A DNA stretch of 64,000 bases, from positions 264,373 through 328,372 of the forward strand of contig NZ_JMCB01000009.1 in the NCBI RefSeq assembly GCF_000737315.1. Direction: 5' to 3'. This document shows, piece by piece, positions 29,238-39,416 of this stretch; the first letter of the stretch is position 1, and the number at the start of each line of letters is the position of its first letter. Source of the DNA: Hyalangium minutum (GTDB lineage Bacteria; Myxococcota; Myxococcia; Myxococcales; Myxococcaceae). A model generated the notes under the pieces. The model ran no database searches. It was not told where the DNA came from and saw only the letters and a list, made by a program, of their open reading frames with translations. A program made the position numbers and the translations under genes.

Positions 29238-31547
29238 TTACGTCAGCCGTTCGATGGTCTGAGCCAGGATCTCTACGCCCAGCTCGCCCTTGACGAGGTA
29301 GCCGTCCGCTCCCGCCTCCAGGCCGCGCCGCTTGTCCTCGGGTGAAGCCAGCGAGGACAGGATGATGACCGGAATGCGCGCCACCGCGGGCGTCGTCTTC
29401 AGCCGCCGCGTGAGCGAGAACCCGTCCATCTTCGGCATCTGCACGTCCGTGAGGATCAGATCGTACGTGTTGACCTGCACCTTGGCGTAGGCCTCCTCGC
29501 CGTCCTGGGCCTCCTCCACCGAGTGGCCCAGCGCCTTGACCAGTGCACCCTCCGTGGCGCGAGCAATGGGCGAGTCATCCACCAGCAGCACTCGCAGCCG
29601 GTTGGAGGACTTCTGCTGGGTGACGGGGCGGGCCATGCGGCGCACCTCGGCCATGATGTCCGGCACGTGGCAGAGCACGGCGACGCGGCCGTCCTCGAGC
29701 GCCGCAGTGCCCGCGATGAAGGGAGCTCCCTTGAGGAAGTCCCCGCCGCAGGGCTTCACGGCCACCTCGCGCTCGTCCACGAAGCCGTCCACCACCAGGG
29801 CGGCGTTGTCCTCGCCGTGGCGGACCACCACGGCGGGCGGCTTCTCCATTCGGTTGCCACCGTTGACGCCCAGCAGCGGCCCCATGGCCACCAGAGCGAT
29901 GGGCTTCTCGCGGTGCTTCACGGCCAGGGTACCGAAGACCTCCATCCGGTCCTCGGGCTTCACGCGCGTCACCGCCACCACGTCCGCCGCGGGGATGCCG
30001 TAGACGTCATCGCCCAGGCGCACCAGCAGCACCTTCATGAGCGCCAGCGACTGAGGCAGGCGCAGGGTGATGGTGGTGCCGCGGCCGATGCGGCTGGCCA
30101 CGCTCACCGAGCCGCCCAGCGTCTCCACCTTGCGCTTCACCACGTCCATGCCCACGCCGCGGCCGGAGATCTCGTTCACCTGCTCGCGGGTGGAGAAGCC
30201 GGGGCGGAAGATGAGCTCCATGGCCTCGCGCTCGGACATCGCGGCGGCTTGGGGCTGCGTGAGCAGCCGCCGGTTGACGGCCACCGTCTTCAGGCGCTCT
30301 GGATCGATGCCCCGGCCGTCGTCCTCCACCTGGATGTGGAGCATGTCGCCGTCGGCGCGGACGCGGATGCGGACCTTGCCCATCGGCGCCTTGCCCAGCT
30401 GCGTGCGGGCATCTGGCGTCTCCAAGCCGTGGTCCACCGCGTTGCGCAGCAGGTGCACCAGCGCATCGCGAACGTCCGACAGCATGGAGCGGTCCACGCC
30501 CATGTCGGAGTTCTCGATGACGAGGTCCACTTCCTTGCCCTGATTGCGCGCCAGCTCGCGCATGGCGCGAGGGAAAGCCTCGAACACCGTGGACAACGGC
30601 ACGAGCCGCGCCTCGGCTACCGTGTCCGCCATCTTGGCCAGGTTGCCGTGCAGCGTGTTCATGCCGTCGTCGTTGCGGCGCAAGAACCGGAAGGCGTCGT
30701 CCCGCAGCGCGTGCAGGTCGCTCTCGATGCCCTCCAGGTGGGCCCGCACCTCTGGCGAGAGCGTCATCTCCTCGCCCACCTTGAGGAAGCGATCGCTCAG
30801 GTGGGAGAAGCGCTCGAAGAGCTGAGCGGTCTCCAGGCCTCGGAGCCGGCCGCGCGCGCTCTCCACCAGCAGATCGCCCGCGAGCACGCCGAGCGAGTCG
30901 AGGATCTCGACGTTCACGCGAATGCTGCGGTCGGCCACGGTCGGCTTGGCGGCCTTCTCCGCCGCCGGAGCCTCGTCCTCGGGCTTGGCCTGCGCCGGAG
31001 CCACGACCGGAGCCGAAGCCTTGGCGGGAGACTGTGCCGCGGTGGCGCGGCTCAGGGACTCCGCCGAAGCCATGGCTGCGGACACAGGAGCCGCGGCAGG
31101 CGCGGGCTTCGCGGCAGGCGCGGGCTTCGCGGCCTGCGGCTTGTTGCCCAGGGGCGGAGCGGGATGGCCGGAGGCCTCCGCGAGCGCCTTGACCATCTCC
31201 TCGCTGCCCTGGGTGCCGGTGTGAGCGCCAGGCAGGTCTTCGATCAGATCCGAGAGGACGTCACAGGCGCGCAGGAGCAGATCGGTGGCCACCTCGGTCG
31301 CCGTCTTGCCCTCACGCTCGGCACGCAGCACGTCCTCGGCGGCGTGCGCCAGCTGGCCGATGGCGGCGAGCCCCAGCATGCGGGCCTCGCCCTTCATCGT
31401 GTGCAGCTCGCGCGCGACATCGTCCGCCGCCTGCTCCGCATTCTCCTTCTCGAGGTCCAGGACCCCGAGCTGGATCTTCTGCAGCCGGTCGGCGGTGACC
31501 TCCTGGAACTTCTTCAGGAGGGATTTCTTGAGCGCCTCGGTATCCAT
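29238..31547 (-). CDS. frzE: CheA-CheY hybrid kinase (FrzE)
   Basis: Hpt ELHTMKGEA, HLLRNAVDHG, DDGRGID, SGRGVGMDVV, CheW domain, C-terminal REC (VDDSPIAR...DVQMP). Confidence 0.95.
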   Translation of the reverse strand: MDTEALKKSLLKKFQEVTADRLQKIQLGVLDLEKENAEQAADDVARELHTMKGEARMLGLAAIGQLAHAAEDVLRAEREGKTATEVATDLLLRACDVLSDLIEDLPGAHTGTQGSEEMVKALAEASGHPAPPLGNKPQAAKPAPAAKPAPAAAPVSAAMASAESLSRATAAQSPAKASAPVVAPAQAKPEDEAPAAEKAAKPTVADRSIRVNVEILDSLGVLAGDLLVESARGRLRGLETAQLFERFSHLSDRFLKVGEEMTLSPEVRAHLEGIESDLHALRDDAFRFLRRNDDGMNTLHGNLAKMADTVAEARLVPLSTVFEAFPRAMRELARNQGKEVDLVIENSDMGVDRSMLSDVRDALVHLLRNAVDHGLETPDARTQLGKAPMGKVRIRVRADGDMLHIQVEDDGRGIDPERLKTVAVNRRLLTQPQAAAMSEREAMELIFRPGFSTREQVNEISGRGVGMDVVKRKVETLGGSVSVASRIGRGTTITLRLPQSLALMKVLLVRLGDDVYGIPAADVVAVTRVKPEDRMEVFGTLAVKHREKPIALVAMGPLLGVNGGNRMEKPPAVVVRHGEDNAALVVDGFVDEREVAVKPCGGDFLKGAPFIAGTAALEDGRVAVLCHVPDIMAEVRRMARPVTQQKSSNRLRVLLVDDSPIARATEGALVKALGHSVEEAQDGEEAYAKVQVNTYDLILTDVQMPKMDGFSLTRRLKTTPAVARIPVIILSSLASPEDKRRGLEAGADGYLVKGELGVEILAQTIERLT
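31093..31128 (-). repeat. 18-bp tandem duplication in the FrzE linker (AKPAPA x2)
   Basis: GCGGCAGGCGCGGGCTTC twice in tandem. Confidence 0.8.
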
Positions 31548-31609
31548 GGCCGGTGGGGCTCCGGGGGGCAAAGGCAGCCGGGGGAGCTACCTGAGCCCTC
31601 CGAAGAGTC

Positions 31610-32875
31610 TCAGTCCGCCTTGAAGCGCTTGATGAGCTCGGCGAGCCGGCCCGCAAGCTGCGAGAGTTCCGCGGACGCGCCCGTGGCCTGCTTGGAGGCC
31701 TGGGTCGTCTGCCGGGTCACGTCCTCGATCTCGGCCATGGAGGCCACCACCTGCTCGGTGGCCGTGCGCTGCTGCTGCGTGGCGAGGTTGATGACGCGCG
31801 CCGCGTCGCTGGTCTCCTGAACACCGGCGAGGATGCCCTCGACGGCCTGCGCGGCCACGGCGCCCAGCTTCTCGCCGGACTCGGTGGCCACCTTGGAGGC
31901 GTCCGCCGCGCTGCCCGCGTTGGCGGTGGCCTCGCGGATCTCCGTGATCAGGCTCTTGATCTCCTTGGTGGAGTCCAGGACGTTCTCCGCCAGCCGCCGC
32001 ATCTCCGCCGCGACGATGGAGAAGCCCTTGCCGGCCTCACCGGCGCGGCTGCCCTCGAGCGCCGCGTTGAGCGCGAGCAGGTCCGAGCGGTCGGCGATCT
32101 CGTCGATCACCTCCACCACGGTGCCGATGCGCTCCACGCGCTTGGACAGCTTGGCGATGGAGTCCGCCACGGCGATCCCGTCGCTGCGGATCTGCTGCAT
32201 GGCCTGGATGAACTCGGCGATGGCGCCCCGGCCCGCGCGGGCGGCACCCAGCGTCTCCTCGGCCACGCGCGCCACGGCGCCGGCGTTCTCGGCGATCTGC
32301 GCGGAGGCGTGCTTCAGCTCCTCCATGGTCGCCGTCGTCTCGTGGATGGCGGCGGCCTGTTCAGTAGAGGACGTCTCGTGCTGGGTGGAGGCCGCGAGCA
32401 CCTGGTTGGCGGACGAGGACAGGCGCAGGGCCGCCTCGTTCATCTCGCGCACGAAGGTGCGCAGGGTCTCGATGACCTTGCCAAAGCCCTCGAGCAGCGG
32501 GGCCAGCTGAGGATCCTCGGTGGAGGTGTTCCAGCGGGACAGGTCGCCCTCGCGCACCAGGGCGATGAGCGAGTCCAGCGCCTGATCAATCTCCTGAGCC
32601 GCCACCTGCTTGCGGTGCTCGGACTCGGAGAAGCGCTCCAGGACCTGGTTGAGCAGTCCGCCCAGCTCGCCGTACTCGCCGCCGACGGTCTCCGGCACGA
32701 CGCGGGCCTGGAGGTTTCCCGCCAGCACCGAGCGCAGGGTGTCCGAGAGCGCCTTGAGCGCCAGGCCATTCCCGTTCGGGGCGGGAGCGGTGGTCTTCGC
32801 CGCCGTCTTCGAGGCCGCGGGCTTCTTCGTTCCGCGGCTCTTCGCCGGCTTGTCGTTCGTGGTGTCCAAAGCCAT
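31610..32875 (-). CDS. frzCD: cytoplasmic methyl-accepting chemotaxis protein (FrzCD)
   Basis: No TM helix, basic N-terminal tail, HAMP-like region, IDEIADRSDLLALNAALEGSRAGEAGKGFSIVA. I recognise it as close to M. xanthus FrzCD. Confidence 0.95.
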   Translation of the reverse strand: MALDTTNDKPAKSRGTKKPAASKTAAKTTAPAPNGNGLALKALSDTLRSVLAGNLQARVVPETVGGEYGELGGLLNQVLERFSESEHRKQVAAQEIDQALDSLIALVREGDLSRWNTSTEDPQLAPLLEGFGKVIETLRTFVREMNEAALRLSSSANQVLAASTQHETSSTEQAAAIHETTATMEELKHASAQIAENAGAVARVAEETLGAARAGRGAIAEFIQAMQQIRSDGIAVADSIAKLSKRVERIGTVVEVIDEIADRSDLLALNAALEGSRAGEAGKGFSIVAAEMRRLAENVLDSTKEIKSLITEIREATANAGSAADASKVATESGEKLGAVAAQAVEGILAGVQETSDAARVINLATQQQRTATEQVVASMAEIEDVTRQTTQASKQATGASAELSQLAGRLAELIKRFKAD

Positions 32876-32880
32876 TGCTG

Positions 32881-33282
32881 TCAGTGCCTTCCTTGAGTCC
32901 TAGCGGTTTCGACCAAATCGATGAGCAACACGAGGCGGGTCTGATCCAGACACGCGCCGATGGTAAAGGGGGCGGCGTTCACGGCGGGCGGGAGCTGCCG
33001 CAGGTTCGCGATGAGGATGGGGCGCACGGCGTGCACCACATCCACCTTGAGGTGGGCCTCGCCCTGCGAGGTGGAGAAGACGAGCGCCCGCCGACCGCGG
33101 CGCAACTCACCCAGCGACGGCACGGAGAGATCCTCCGGCAGCGCGCGCTCGATGCGCAGCACCTGCGAGGCGTCCGTGCCGTAGAGCCGGTCGCCGATCT
33201 CGAAGAAGAGGACATCCACCTCGTCTTCGAGGCGCTGCTCCTGTTGTTCCTGCTCCTGCTCCTGCTCCTGCTGCAGCATCAT
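32881..33282 (-). CDS. frzB: CheW-like protein (FrzB)
   Basis: EVDVLFFEIGDRLYGTDASQVLRIER. ATGA coupling to frzA and position in the operon. Confidence 0.88.
   Translation of the reverse strand: MMLQQEQEQEQEQQEQRLEDEVDVLFFEIGDRLYGTDASQVLRIERALPEDLSVPSLGELRRGRRALVFSTSQGEAHLKVDVVHAVRPILIANLRQLPPAVNAAPFTIGACLDQTRLVLLIDLVETARTQGRH
33235..33273 (-). repeat. (CAGGAG)n hexamer tract encoding QEQEQEQQEQ at the FrzB N-terminus
   Basis: Plus strand reads ctgctc ctgttg ttcctg ctcctg ctcctg ctcctg ctg. Confidence 0.8.
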
Positions 33283-33794
33283 CGGGACACCGCCCGCTGC
33301 CGCGCCGTCTGGAGCAACTTGGAGAAGTTGAGCAGGTTGATGGTCTCCTCGGCGGTGGGCCCAGCCACCACGCCCAGCATGTGCTCGGTGGCGGCGTCCG
33401 CGCCCATGGGCGGCGGGAGGATGTCCGAGACGAGGATCTTCCTCAGGCCCAGCACGGTGTCGGCCACCACGCCAGCCACGTAGGTGCCGCTGACGCCCAC
33501 GAAGAGGCGAGTGCGCGGCATGATGCGCGCCTCGCCCTTGGCCAGGAAGCGCAGCAGATCCATGACGGGGAGCACCTCGCCCCGGTGGCCGGTGACGCCG
33601 AGCAGGAACGACGGAGCCCGGGGCAACGGCGTGAGGAGCCCGGCCCGAAGCACTTCGAGCACGTTCTCGCTCGGGACACCGAGGCGAAGGTTCCCTACAC
33701 GGAAGCAGAAGAACTCTTGCTCCGGCCGGGCCTGGGCCGAGACAGCGCGGGCGGGCGCGATCCGAAGCGCGCGTTGAAGGGGAGTCGAATTCAA
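33279..33794 (-). CDS. frzA: CheW coupling protein (FrzA)
   Basis: FFCFRVG..RLGVPSENVLEVLR, TPLPRAPSFLLGVTGHRGEVLPV. Confidence 0.93.
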   Translation of the reverse strand: MNSTPLQRALRIAPARAVSAQARPEQEFFCFRVGNLRLGVPSENVLEVLRAGLLTPLPRAPSFLLGVTGHRGEVLPVMDLLRFLAKGEARIMPRTRLFVGVSGTYVAGVVADTVLGLRKILVSDILPPPMGADAATEHMLGVVAGPTAEETINLLNFSKLLQTARQRAVSR

Positions 33795-33838
33795 GGACGC
33801 AAAGTATCCGGAGGCGACAAAAACCGGTCAAGGGGACA

Positions 33839-33854
33839 TGGCAGGTTGCCTGCT
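33839..33854 (+). promoter_or_regulatory. putative sigma-54 (-24/-12) promoter for frzZ
   Basis: TGGCAGGTTGCCTGCT has exact GG-N10-GC spacing and two mismatches to TGGCACG-N4-TTGCW. It lies about 70 bp upstream of the frzZ ATG. Confidence 0.4.
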
Positions 33855-33923
33855 TGCATGCCGTTTCGATGGTCCCCCACGCAGCAACAGTGTAGGGTTG
33901 TTTCTGGTCCTTAGAGGAGGCAG

Positions 33924-34790
33924 ATGTCCCGCGTATTGGTCATCGACGACAGCCCGATGCTGGTGGAGCTCACCGTCCGGGCGTTGACCGCGGCAGGCTA
34001 CCATGCAAGCGGCGCGATGGACTTGGCGAGCCTCGAGCAGAAGCTCTCCGAGGGGCCAGCCGCGCTGATCCTGATGGACGTCAACATGCCGGAGATGTTC
34101 GGTGACGACGTCGTCGAGTACCTGCGCACCATGAAGAAGGTCTCCTCGAAGCTGGTCCTGTACTCGGACATCCCCGAGGCGGAGCTGGCGACGAAGGCGA
34201 AGACCTCCGGAGCGGACGGCTACATCGTCAAGGGCCAGGGCCTGGAGGCGGTGCTGACCGAGGTCATCAAGCTGATTGGTCCTCCGGCGATCACCGCGAT
34301 CCCCCCGGTCTCCTCCCCGTCTGACCCCGCTCCCACCTCCACCCCACCCACATCCAGTGGTCCGGCCACCCCAGCGGCCCCTGCCTCGGGCGCCCAGGCC
34401 TCGGGCAAGCGCAAGCCGCGCATCCTGATCGTCGATGACAGCGAGATGACGGCGCGCATCATCGAGGCGGACCTGGTGGCCAAGGGCTTCGAGGTCCACT
34501 ACGCGGACACGGCGGACAAGGCGACGAAGATCATCCTCAAGAAGCAGACCCGGCCGGATCTGGTGCTGCTGGACGTGAGGATGCCGAACGTGAACGGCGA
34601 GCAGTTCTGCCGGTTCATCAAGAGCAACAGCCTGTTCAAGGGCATCAAGGTGCTGCTCTGTTCAGGGGAGAACGTCGAGGAGCTGCAGCGCATCTGCCGC
34701 GAGGCCGGGGCGGACGGCTACGTCCCCAAGGACGCGGTGATGAGCAGCCTGGTGGCCCGAGAGCTGAACCCGGCGCCCACCCCGGAGTAG
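33924..34790 (+). CDS. frzZ: dual-receiver response regulator (FrzZ)
   Basis: Two REC domains (IDDSP..LMDVNMP; VDDSE..LLDVRMP) joined by a Pro-rich linker. Divergent from frzA, RBS GAGGAGG. Confidence 0.95.
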   Translation: MSRVLVIDDSPMLVELTVRALTAAGYHASGAMDLASLEQKLSEGPAALILMDVNMPEMFGDDVVEYLRTMKKVSSKLVLYSDIPEAELATKAKTSGADGYIVKGQGLEAVLTEVIKLIGPPAITAIPPVSSPSDPAPTSTPPTSSGPATPAAPASGAQASGKRKPRILIVDDSEMTARIIEADLVAKGFEVHYADTADKATKIILKKQTRPDLVLLDVRMPNVNGEQFCRFIKSNSLFKGIKVLLCSGENVEELQRICREAGADGYVPKDAVMSSLVARELNPAPTPE

Positions 34791-34796
34791 CGGCCC

Positions 34797-36101
34797 CTAC
34801 GCAGGGCCTGCCGCGTTGGCCCGCTCGTCGAGCCCTCGGGCGAAGTTCCCGATGATCAACCCCGGCCGCGCGGCCTTCAGGCGCTTGAGCAGCTCGCGAA
34901 TCCCCACCGGCTCGCCGCCCGCGCCCTTCTCCCGCGCCACCTCCAGGTACTGGATCGGATCGATGCACAACGAGCGCGTCTGCACCTGATCCACCTGGTA
35001 CTTGCGCACCAGCCGCTCCAGGGCCTGCACCTCGCCCTCGCGGTCCGTGACGCCGGGGAACAACAGCAGGTTCAACGCCAGGTACCCGCCCCGCTCCCGC
35101 GCCAGCGCGATGGACGCCTCCACGTCCTCCCACGTGTACTTCACCGGCTTGTAGTAGGCCTCGTAGAGCTCCTTCACCGCCGAGTTCAGCGACACGCGCA
35201 CCGCGTCCAGCCCCGAGTCGAACAGCGCCGCCAGCCCGTGCGTCAGGCTCGCGTTCGTATTGATGTTGATGGAGCCCTTGTCCGTCCGCTCTCGCATGTA
35301 GCGGATGGCCTCGGCGATGGCCTTGTACCGGGTGAGCGGCTCACCCTCGCAGCCCTGACCGAAGCTCACCATCGTCCGGCCTCCCGCGCGCTCCAGGTGG
35401 TAGAGGCCAATCACCCCCATCTCCTCCCCGGAGGGCCCGTCGTCCATGCGCTCGTGAGAGGCCGGAGGACCGTCCTCGGGCTGATCCGAGATGCACCCCA
35501 CGCACCGCGCGTTGCACATGACGGAGGCTGGGATGGCCGCCTCGTCCCGCACATAGAAGGTGTTCTGCGAGGTGAAGCACCGGTACAGCAGCGCGCACGT
35601 CTTCAGCTGCTTCAGCACCCGGTTGCCCGGGAAACGCGCCGTGTGCTCTTCCACCAGCGCGCGCATCTCCGGCGTCGAGTACCTCTCCGGGTCCCAGTGG
35701 CTCCGCGTGTCCGTGTGGATGGCCCACGCCACCGGCCCGTCCTTGCCCCACGCCGCCGCCGTGTACGCCCACTGCGGCAGGATCGGCCCGTCGCCCTTCA
35801 CCTCGCCCGGCAGGAACGTGCGCGTGTAGCCCGGCGGCAGCAACGCGCCGACTGCGTTGGGCACAAATGATTTGCCGCCCACCTTCATTTCCCGCACCAG
35901 TTCCAGCTCGCCCGTGTCGGGGTTGAGCCCCACCGGCAGGCGGCCAGGGAGGTGCACGAGCCGCCCCGCGGCGGGCAGCGGGATGGGCCGGTCCTGGGGA
36001 GGAACCAGGTCCTCTCCGCTCCGGAGGGTGGCAATCAGGTACGGGTGCTCCATCACCCGTCCCTTGGGATCGGCGAACAGCAGCTTGGGACCGGACGTCA
36101 T
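34797..36101 (-). CDS. radical SAM protein of unknown function
   Basis: CNARCVGC (CX3CX2C), SFGQGCEGEP, NTNAS, RVSLNS. Confidence 0.88.
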   Translation of the reverse strand: MTSGPKLLFADPKGRVMEHPYLIATLRSGEDLVPPQDRPIPLPAAGRLVHLPGRLPVGLNPDTGELELVREMKVGGKSFVPNAVGALLPPGYTRTFLPGEVKGDGPILPQWAYTAAAWGKDGPVAWAIHTDTRSHWDPERYSTPEMRALVEEHTARFPGNRVLKQLKTCALLYRCFTSQNTFYVRDEAAIPASVMCNARCVGCISDQPEDGPPASHERMDDGPSGEEMGVIGLYHLERAGGRTMVSFGQGCEGEPLTRYKAIAEAIRYMRERTDKGSININTNASLTHGLAALFDSGLDAVRVSLNSAVKELYEAYYKPVKYTWEDVEASIALARERGGYLALNLLLFPGVTDREGEVQALERLVRKYQVDQVQTRSLCIDPIQYLEVAREKGAGGEPVGIRELLKRLKAARPGLIIGNFARGLDERANAAGPA

Positions 36102-36306
36102 GCCTCCTTAACTACCACCGCCGCTCCTTCCCTTCGATGATTGGCTGACGCGAAGGCGCTCGGATGCGTCGCCGTGCGTCATCAAAACGGCGCGCCGCAG
36201 CACGCTTGTCTGCTTGCAGGAGCCATGAGCGGCGCTCCGGGGGGTGCCTTGATTCCCCAAAGTCCACTGGTATGGTCCGCCCGCTTTTTACCCCTGGAGG
36301 CACGTC

Positions 36307-37437
36307 TTGATCGTCGGAGTTCCCAAGGAGATCAAAACCCGTGAGTACCGCGTCGGCATGGTGCCCGCGGGCGTCCGCGCGCTCACCAGCGCCGGACACA
36401 CCGTGCTCGTCGAGCAGAATGCTGGCGTTGGCTCCGGCATCCCCGACTCCGAGTACGTGCGCGTCGGTGCGCAGATCGTCAAGAGCGCGGACGAGGTCTG
36501 GTCGCGCTCGGAGATGATCGTCAAGGTCAAGGAGCCCGTGGCTCCCGAGTACGAGCGCATTCAGCAGGGCCAGATCATCTACACCTACTTCCACCTGGCC
36601 GGCGTGGACCCGGAGCTCACCAAGACGCTGGTGAAGAAGAAGGCCGCCGCGGTGGCCTACGAGACGCTGCAGCTGGATGACGGCAGCCTCCCCCTGCTCA
36701 AGCCCATGAGCGAGGTGGCCGGCAAGATGGCCATCCAGGTCGGCGCCACCTGCCTGGAGAAGGCGCACGGCGGCAAGGGCATCCTGCTGGGCGGCGTGCC
36801 CGGCGTGCGCCGCGGCCGCGTGGCCATCATCGGCGGTGGCGTGGTGGGCCTGTGCGCGGCCAAGGTCGCCGTGGGCATGGGCGCCGAGGTGACGATCCTC
36901 GACGTGAACCTGGAGCGCCTCACCTACCTGGATGACGTGTTCCTCGGCCGCGTGGCCACCCTGGCCTCGGACACCGAGTCCATTGCCCGCACCGTGCGCG
37001 AGTCGGATCTCGTCATCGGCGGCGTGCTCATCCCCGGCGGCAAGGCCCCCAAGCTCGTCTCCGAGGCCCTCATCAAGGAGATGGAGCCCGGCTCCGTCGT
37101 CGTCGACGTGGCGGTGGATCAGGGCGGCTGCATCGAGACGTGCAAGCCCACCACGCACGACAACCCCACGTACATGGTGCACGACGTGGTCCACTACTGC
37201 GTGGCCAACATGCCCGGCGCGGTGCCGCAGACGTCCACCTTCGCGCTCACCAACACCACCCGCCCATACGCGAAGAAGATCGCCGACATGGGCCTGATCG
37301 AGGCCGTGAAGTCCGACAAGGCCCTGGCCCGCGCGCTGAACACCTACGACGGCAAGGTCACCTACGAGGCCGTCGCCAAGGACCTGGGCTACGACTACGT
37401 GCCCCTGATGGACGCGTTCGGCGCCAAGGGCCGCTAG
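36307..37437 (+). CDS. ald: alanine dehydrogenase
   Basis: [56 protein letters not shown]. Confidence 0.96.
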   Translation: MIVGVPKEIKTREYRVGMVPAGVRALTSAGHTVLVEQNAGVGSGIPDSEYVRVGAQIVKSADEVWSRSEMIVKVKEPVAPEYERIQQGQIIYTYFHLAGVDPELTKTLVKKKAAAVAYETLQLDDGSLPLLKPMSEVAGKMAIQVGATCLEKAHGGKGILLGGVPGVRRGRVAIIGGGVVGLCAAKVAVGMGAEVTILDVNLERLTYLDDVFLGRVATLASDTESIARTVRESDLVIGGVLIPGGKAPKLVSEALIKEMEPGSVVVDVAVDQGGCIETCKPTTHDNPTYMVHDVVHYCVANMPGAVPQTSTFALTNTTRPYAKKIADMGLIEAVKSDKALARALNTYDGKVTYEAVAKDLGYDYVPLMDAFGAKGR

Positions 37438-37466
37438 TCCGACAAGTCGGTACCTTGGCACACCCA

Positions 37467-37498
37467 GGGAGGTAGGGACGCCTGACCCCCTACCTCCC
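37467..37498 (+). terminator. GC-rich hairpin after ald
   Basis: GGGAGGTAGGG (37467-37477) pairs with CCCTACCTCCC (37488-37498). No U tract. Confidence 0.55.
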
Positions 37499-37588
37499 CC
37501 GAAAGTTCTCGGAAATAAACGTTACCGCCATCTGTCCCCTGCCCTTAGGGGCGACCGTGCAAACGGCAACGAGGGGAAGAACGCGTTG

Positions 37589-37616
37589 TTGACCCGTCTG
37601 TTCCCGTGCATACATT
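37589..37616 (+). promoter_or_regulatory. putative sigma-A promoter for the ECF sigma gene
   Basis: TTGACC-N16-TACATT, about 55 bp upstream of ATG 37673. Confidence 0.4.
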
Positions 37617-37672
37617 GAGGGGCAGACAACAACACCTTCGCCTGTAATTTCGGGCCTTTGGGAAGGCGGAAC

Positions 37673-38314
37673 ATGTTGGACTTCAGGCAACCAAACCGCA
37701 CAAAGCAGGAATTCGAGGAGCTGGCCCTGGCCCATTTGGACCCGCTCTACTCGGCTGCTCTGCGACTGACCAAGAACGAGCGCGACGCCGAGGACCTGGT
37801 GCAGGACACCTGCATGCGGGCCTACCGGTTCTTCGACAAGTTCGAGCGCGGCACCAACATCAAGGCCTGGCTCTTCAAGATCCTCACCAACACCTTCATC
37901 AACCGCTATCGGCGCAAGGTGAAGGAGCGCACCGTGGTGGAGGGCGTGGAGCGCGAGGCCGTTCATGAGCGCTTCGTCAGCCGGGACGCGACGGACTTCG
38001 CAGCCAACCCGGAGCAGTACTTCTTCGACAGGCTGCTGTCGGACGATGTGCTCCGCGCCATCGACTCGCTGCCCATCGACTTCCGGCTGGTGGTGATCCT
38101 CGCGGATTTGCAGGAGTTCTCCTACAAAGAGATCGCCGAGATCCTCGAGTGCCCGGTGGGTACGGTGATGAGCCGCCTCTTCCGTGGGCGCAAGCTCTTG
38201 CAGAAGACACTGCGCGAGTACGCGGAGGGCCAGGGTGTATTCCGCCATGAGGGCGAGCCCGTGGCGGCTCCAGCGAACCTGGAAGAGTACCGGCACAGGA
38301 AGAAGACGGGGTAG
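37673..38314 (+). CDS. rpoE1: ECF RNA polymerase sigma factor (RpoE1)
   Basis: [51 protein letters not shown]. Synteny between ald/frzZ and frzS as in M. xanthus. Confidence 0.88.
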   Translation: MLDFRQPNRTKQEFEELALAHLDPLYSAALRLTKNERDAEDLVQDTCMRAYRFFDKFERGTNIKAWLFKILTNTFINRYRRKVKERTVVEGVEREAVHERFVSRDATDFAANPEQYFFDRLLSDDVLRAIDSLPIDFRLVVILADLQEFSYKEIAEILECPVGTVMSRLFRGRKLLQKTLREYAEGQGVFRHEGEPVAAPANLEEYRHRKKTG

Positions 38315-38384
38315 TAAGAGGTTGACGGGCCCGAGGGCATAATTGCCCGAGGGCCCGTGGCATATCCGCCCTCTTCGAGCGCTC

Positions 38385-39206
38385 ATGACCTGCCAGGAAC
38401 TCGATCGCCTTCTCTACCCCTACCTCGACGGCGAGTTTCAGCCCGAGGAGCGGCTGGATGTGGAGACCCACCTCGGTACGTGCGCGGACTGCGCGCGCCG
38501 AGCGGAGGAAGAAAGGCGTTTCCGGAAGGCCGTACGCCACTCCGTTCAGGCCAGCCGGGCCCCCGCCTCGCTCCGAGACGGAATCCAGCTGGGCCTGCGC
38601 CGCGAGCAGCGCCGCACCGCCCAGATGCAGTGGCTGCGCATGAGCGCCGCGGCGCTCGTGGTGGTCGCCGTGGGCGGCGGGTGGATCGCCATCCGCCCCG
38701 AGGAGCGGCACCGCTTCGCAGCGGACGCGGCCAAGCGCCACGCGAAGCCACTCCCCTTCGAGATCGCCAATGCGCCCCCGGAGCACGTGGAGGCGTGGTT
38801 CGACGGCAAGCTGGATCACCCCGTCGCCGTGCCCCGGCTGTCTCACGCCGAGATGAAGGGCGCGCGCATCACCAACGTGACGGACAAGCAGGCCGCCTAC
38901 ATCAGCTACGAGACGACGCCTGATCAGGACGTCCAGCCCGGCCGCCGCGTGGGAGTCTTCGTGTTCGATGACTCGGGCCGCGAGGTGGAGGCCCGGGCGC
39001 TGCCGGATCTGCAGATGAACACGCTCGGCAGCGTCAATGTCGCCTTCTGGCGCGACGGGGAGCTCGTCTACGAGCTCGTCACGGATCTGGACGAGGCGGA
39101 CATCCGCAAGCTGGTGCTACAGAAAGGTGGCACGGCGCGGATGAGCAACGCGCCGCGTCCCAGCGAGCCCTCCCTGCCGATCCGCCAGGTCTCTGACGTG
39201 CCCTGA
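38385..39206 (+). CDS. anti-sigma factor (zf-HC2/ZAS) with one TM helix
   Basis: MTC...YLDGE...HLGTCADC (HX3CX2C), a TM segment, immediately downstream of the ECF sigma. Confidence 0.88.
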   Translation: MTCQELDRLLYPYLDGEFQPEERLDVETHLGTCADCARRAEEERRFRKAVRHSVQASRAPASLRDGIQLGLRREQRRTAQMQWLRMSAAALVVVAVGGGWIAIRPEERHRFAADAAKRHAKPLPFEIANAPPEHVEAWFDGKLDHPVAVPRLSHAEMKGARITNVTDKQAAYISYETTPDQDVQPGRRVGVFVFDDSGREVEARALPDLQMNTLGSVNVAFWRDGELVYELVTDLDEADIRKLVLQKGGTARMSNAPRPSEPSLPIRQVSDVP

Positions 39207-39307
39207 GGCCCCCTGCCCGCCGTCCGGGCGCGGCGAGGGGCTGTTCTGCACTGCTCGTCCGGCTGGCCGCTGAGGGATCACCACCGGACAGGGTCCAGGC
39301 CCGAACA

Positions 39308-39336
39308 TTGACGGTCCTGGGGAGGGCCGATAGCCT
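39308..39336 (+). promoter_or_regulatory. putative sigma-A promoter for frzS
   Basis: TTGACG-N17-TAGCCT, 80 bp upstream of the frzS ATG. Confidence 0.45.
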
Positions 39337-39416
39337 CGCGGGAGCAGAAATTTCGCACGCTGCCGCTCGCGCGTGGCCCTCCGGCCGCGCCGCTCCTCAG
39401 GTCGGGCCGTCCGTTC

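Noticed and set aside
38327-38356. GCCCGAGGGC direct/inverted repeat with TTGACG and CATAAT between rpoE1 and the anti-sigma gene
   Set aside because: The -35/-10 spacing is only 10 bp and the hairpin is imperfect, so no function can be assigned.
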